Shown: positions 60,258-64,000 of the stretch, in pieces
Layout: each line of letters opens with the position of its first letter
Position numbering within the stretch: position 1 is the first letter of the stretch
NCBI RefSeq assembly: GCF_018350175.1
Contig: NC_058368.1
Location: 79,856,001-79,920,000, forward strand
Reading direction: 5' to 3'
DNA from: Felis catus
Lineage: Eukaryota
Length of the DNA stretch: 64,000 nt
Program-made: the position numbers and the translations under genes
Notes under the pieces: generated by a model
The model's input: only the letters and a program-made list of their open reading frames with translations
What the model was told of the DNA's origin: nothing
Database searches by the model: none

Positions 60258-60443
60258 CTGGCAGGCCAGGCTGACCCTGTGCGCCCCGGTCTCCTTTAGG
60301 TCCCTCCACAGCGTGGCCCGGAGCTCCGGGTAAGCCCGGCTGTCCTTGTGGCCCCGGGGGACCCATGAATCCTTGCTCTCCTTTGGATCCGGGAATTCCT
60401 GGACTCCCGGCTTGTCCCGGGAAACCCACGTCGCCCTTTGAAC
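60258..60443 (-). CDS. COL4A1: COL4A1 exon 42 equivalent
   Basis: 186 nt, tctag|GTTCA...CCAG|gtaagg; [62 protein letters not shown]. Confidence 0.97.
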
Positions 60444-60714
60444 CTAGACAACAAAACCAGTTTGAGATGGTGGGGAAGCACAGGGGAGAAGAGAAAGCCT
60501 GTACGTCGAGGAGGAGGGAGCTGGGCGAGGGGCAGGGGAAAACCAGAGCCGTGACACACGGGACGCCGACCATGGCTGACCCGGGGAAGAGTAAGCTTAG
60601 AGTATGAGAGCCACCTGTCATTCTTCATACTTTGTAAGGAAGTGTTCTGCCGAAAAGCCATTGGAATACAGGCTGAGAGGGGTCTGTGAGCACCTGCACT
60701 GCTAAATTAAGGGC

Positions 60715-61150
60715 TTGCTCCATCGACAGGTGAATGAATACACGAGTGATACTCTATCCACACCGTGGAACACTACTCAGCAAGAAACGGGAGGGAACTA
60801 CTGGTATGAGCTCCAACACCCGTGAATCGCAAACTAATTGTGCTGGGCCAATAAAGTCAGACTTAGAATAAAACAGGATCCTACTGATAGAAAATTCTAG
60901 AAAATGCAACCTAATCTACAGTACCAGAAGACAGAGCAAAGGGTGGGGTTGAGGGATGATGGTGTTGGGGGGTGGGGTGGGAGGGCAGGATGGAAATGAT
61001 TAGGCAGTCCAGGAAACTCTGGGGTAATAGGCATGTTCACTATCTTGAGTGTGGTGATGTTTTCACAGATTATACATATATCAAACCTTATCAAAAACAG
61101 ACATCAAATAGCACTCTATAAATGCGTGTAGCTTACGGTATGTCAATGAC
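60715..61150 (+). mobile_element. Old L1M 3' end fragment, intron 41
   Basis: ccatcgacaggtgaatgaata...ggaacactactcagcaag...aaattctagaaaatgcaacctaatctacagt. Confidence 0.75.
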
Positions 61151-61554
61151 AGAAATACGACGATACGCTATTTTTTGAAGTTTTCAAGGTAAGAACTTAT
61201 AGGGAACAAAATTCCTCCATGTTTAGTTCCCAACATACCATGCAGACGTGACTAATAAAATATCAAACTTCCAGGATCGTTTCAAGGTTATTAAGAAACA
61301 GTAAGAAAGGAGGGAAATAGAGTCGTGGCCAAAAATGGTCATCGGGCCTCTCTTGTGACGCTTCCTTTGCTTTTTCAACAGTACAACGTCACCAGATGCT
61401 GGTCTGTCAGGGGCCGGGAGAAGGCGTGTGCCCCAGACCCAGCATCCTGTCACTGCCGCCCACTGCTGCTTCTTCGCAACTGCCCGACCCACTCGGCCTG
61501 GGCCACGTGCGTCAGCGGCGAGTGGAAAGGAAGTACGCATGTAGCGAATGTTAC

Positions 61555-61605
61555 CTTTCTCTCCTTTGGCCCCTGGGAACCCTGGGAATGCTCTTCCAGG
61601 CAGGC
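61555..61605 (-). CDS. COL4A1: COL4A1 exon 41 equivalent
   Basis: 51 nt, tacag|GCCTG...AAAG|gtaaca; GLPGRAFPGFPGAKGEK. Confidence 0.95.
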
Positions 61606-62149
61606 CTGTAAGACAAGGGTAAGAAGTCACATCCACATGTCCTCAAACAGTTGGTCCTCGAGTACAGCACAAAACCCTGTCGACTCTGCAACACCACCAC
61701 GTAGAAATCACCTCCTTGCACTCCCGAGTAAAATCTCGTTTCTGCAGTTGTTCTAAGAAGTCCTGGATGGGATGTGTATAATTTAGCACTTTTCTTAAAT
61801 ACTTTTCAGCACACGACCATTACGGCATTTAGTAGAAATGCTCTGTACAAATAAGTGCTGATTTTCTACCACCATCTAGACACTAACAAATCGGCTGTTC
61901 CCAGATGACTGTCCAGCTAACAACGTTCTCGAGGGAGGCAGGGAGAGCTGGTGGTATTGGGGACTGGGGGGCAGCAAACACCGGAAAGCCCAGAAACGTG
62001 AGTAAGGGGCTTGCAGGAGGATGAACGTGGGGGGAAGGGAGGTATGGAGGCATTTTTATGAATTATTTTTTATGAGAAAATGAATGTTGGCAATAGAAAC
62101 ATAGGGGGTGCAGAATGAAACAACGAAATTTTAGAAAGAGGCCAACCCT

Positions 62150-62347
62150 GGGGCGCCTGGGTGGCTCAGTCAGTTAAGCGTCCAACTCTTGACTTCGGCT
62201 CAGGTCACGATCTCAGGGTTGGGAGTTCGAGCCCCGAGTCGGGCTCTGTGCTGACAGTGCAGAGCCTGCTTGGGATTCTCTCTCTCCCTCTCTCTCTTTC
62301 CCTCCCCTGCTCTTTGTCTCAAAATTAATTAATTTAAAAAAAAAAAA
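62150..62347 (+). mobile_element. CAN-SINE, intron 40
   Basis: Full SINEC body. Confidence 0.93.
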
Positions 62348-62895
62348 GCAGGGAGCCAGCCCTGCCCGCAGCAGATGCCCCAGGGCTCCTCTCCAGCAAC
62401 ACCCCCACACCCACACCCCTGCCTTAGGCTCACCCGTCTCAGACCGCAGGTGTCATTCTTGCTACACACAGGCATTACTGTGTACGTGGTTCTTGTCGTC
62501 AGAACCTGCAGCCCCCCACAAGGGATGGGAGCAGATCGGAGGGCAAGAATTGCTCCCAGGACCCTTTCTCTAAACAGGGAAAAGCCAGGCAGAGGAGGGA
62601 CAGCCTGGACGTTCTGTGTGTGTCTCACTCACCCCCGGGAGTCCAGGTGTTTTGGGTCAGGCCCGTCAGTACAGGACCCGCCCCTCTTCTTATCCAGGCC
62701 TCTCCCCTCATCCACACGAGTGTATAAACAGCCATAAGGACACGTGGTACAGATACCACTTTGTGCCCAGCCCCGGTCACTCAGCGTGGACTGGAGATCT
62801 GAGTGATGCCGACCCTGGAGCGACGCCAACCCCTGAGCAATGCTGACCCCGGAGGAGCATTTATTTCGCTCTAAAGGGAGCAGGAGCCACCATAC

Positions 62896-62994
62896 CTGGT
62901 TCCCCCTTCTCTCCCGCTGACCCCGGGATTCCGTCACTGCCAGGCTCCCCTTTCTGGCCGGCTGGGCCCGCGGGGCCAGGTTTCCCAGGAAGAC
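62896..62994 (-). CDS. COL4A1: COL4A1 exon 40 equivalent
   Basis: 99 nt, tctgag|GTCTT...CCAG|gtatgg; [33 protein letters not shown] (this frame is absent from the ORF track, translated by hand). Confidence 0.94.
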
Positions 62995-63397
62995 CTCAGA
63001 GAGAAGAGCCACATTAGTCAGGTCTGGACCCTGTCACGACAAGATGCTCATTCCCGACAGTTCCCCAGGGAGCCATTACCCCGTGCATACCCAGCATCCT
63101 TGAGGAATGCACCTCAAACACAAACATGCTTCTAGAACCTACTGGAGCCACAATGCAGCCAGTTCAGCAGCTCTGGTTCTGGCTCCTGACTGGGGGCCAC
63201 ATCTTACAAAGGCCCCATGAGCCCCCCTAGACTCTAGACTCGGTCTGTCCATCTAAAAAGTGGAGGGGTGTGCCAACCCGTGACACTCTGGGGTCCACGA
63301 CTTGTCACCTTGAAGTAAACTCCCAGCTTCGGTGGCCCCCGCCTCATCCCCACAGGCCCCCGTGTGTCCTCTGTCTCCTGTGTCCTCAGGTCTCTAC

Positions 63398-63478
63398 CTG
63401 CTTCTCCCTTGACACCGGGAATGCCAGCCGATCCCGGGAGGCCTCTGTCCCCTTTATCCCCAGGCAAGCCAGGGCTTC
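63398..63478 (-). CDS. COL4A1: COL4A1 exon 39 equivalent
   Basis: 81 nt, ctag|GAAGC...GCAG|gtagag; GSPGLPGDKGDRGLPGSAGIPGVKGEA. Confidence 0.96.
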
Positions 63479-63568
63479 CTAGAGGAAGAAACAAGACAGC
63501 AGAATGCCATCAATTCGAGACTTTGTTGTCTTTGGACCCAAGCTCAGAAGGAGGCCCGGCTCACCTAC

Positions 63569-63695
63569 CTGGATAGCCAACGCTCCCAGGGGATCCTTGG
63601 GGGCCAGGGGAGCCAGGGATCCCCGGGATCCCCACGCTTCCTTTCTCTCCCTTCTCTCCAGGACTTCCCGGAAATCCTGCAACCCCTTGATCTCC
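63569..63695 (-). CDS. COL4A1: COL4A1 coding exon (human exon 38 equivalent), collagenous domain
   Basis: 127 nt, cacag|GGAGAT...CCAG|gtaggt; [42 protein letters not shown]. Confidence 0.96.
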
Positions 63696-64000
63696 CTGTG
63701 GGCAGACATCGAACCCGTTAATTTCGTACCTGTCCCCGGGCACGTGTCTGTGGGCCCTTTCTGGATAACACTATACGGATTCCACGTCCTGCTTTCTAGC
63801 GAAGAATTAAAGTCCATGTCTGAAAACCGGGGATAAGTGGGAAGCCCAAAACAAGAGCCAATTCTGTTTCTTCTCTGCACATGTCTCCTCACCCTTCCCT
63901 TCCAGCCCTGGGCTGGCTGTCCCGCCTGTCAACAGTCTCCAGATTCTTGCCAAGGCAGGGGAGGTGCACAGAGGGGGCCAGAGGGACAATGTGCAGTAAA

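Overview
Mammalian genomic DNA from a felid (cat family), inferred from about 38 CAN-SINEs, most carrying SINEC_Fc-type diagnostic sequence. The right third (about 41.3-63.7 kb, minus strand) is the 3' end of COL4A1 (collagen IV alpha-1). It contains 15 coding exons with GT-AG boundaries; their lengths (127, 81, 99, 51, 186, 134, 73, 72, 129, 99, 213, 178, 115, 173, 82 nt) match human exons 38-52 as I recall them, so the exon numbering is by homology. They encode the last Gly-X-Y segment and the whole NC1 domain, followed by a 3'UTR of about 1.3-1.4 kb. The left 41 kb is gene-free downstream DNA: SINEs, MaLR/MLT1 LTRs, MIRs, a decayed nested L1 of about 5.7 kb, one assembly gap and several orphan CpG-rich patches. 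No other protein-coding gene is supported; the remaining ORFs in the track come from repeats or high GC. I do not see a self-contained new multi-gene system. The best unexplained signals are: (1) a 25-bp minisatellite built of CCAAT and GC boxes at 9.2-9.5 kb; (2) an array of about 20 Sp/KLF GC-box units starting 7 nt after the exon 51 donor; (3) an old direct duplication that copies the COL4A1 termination region 8 kb downstream; (4) compact RNA structures in the distal 3'UTR; (5) a rare GAG acceptor and a competing +4 donor; (6) a Gly-to-Ala change at a helix interruption; (7) a SINE dimer inside a single target-site duplication (TSD). Repeat subfamily names and boundaries were assigned by eye and are approximate.
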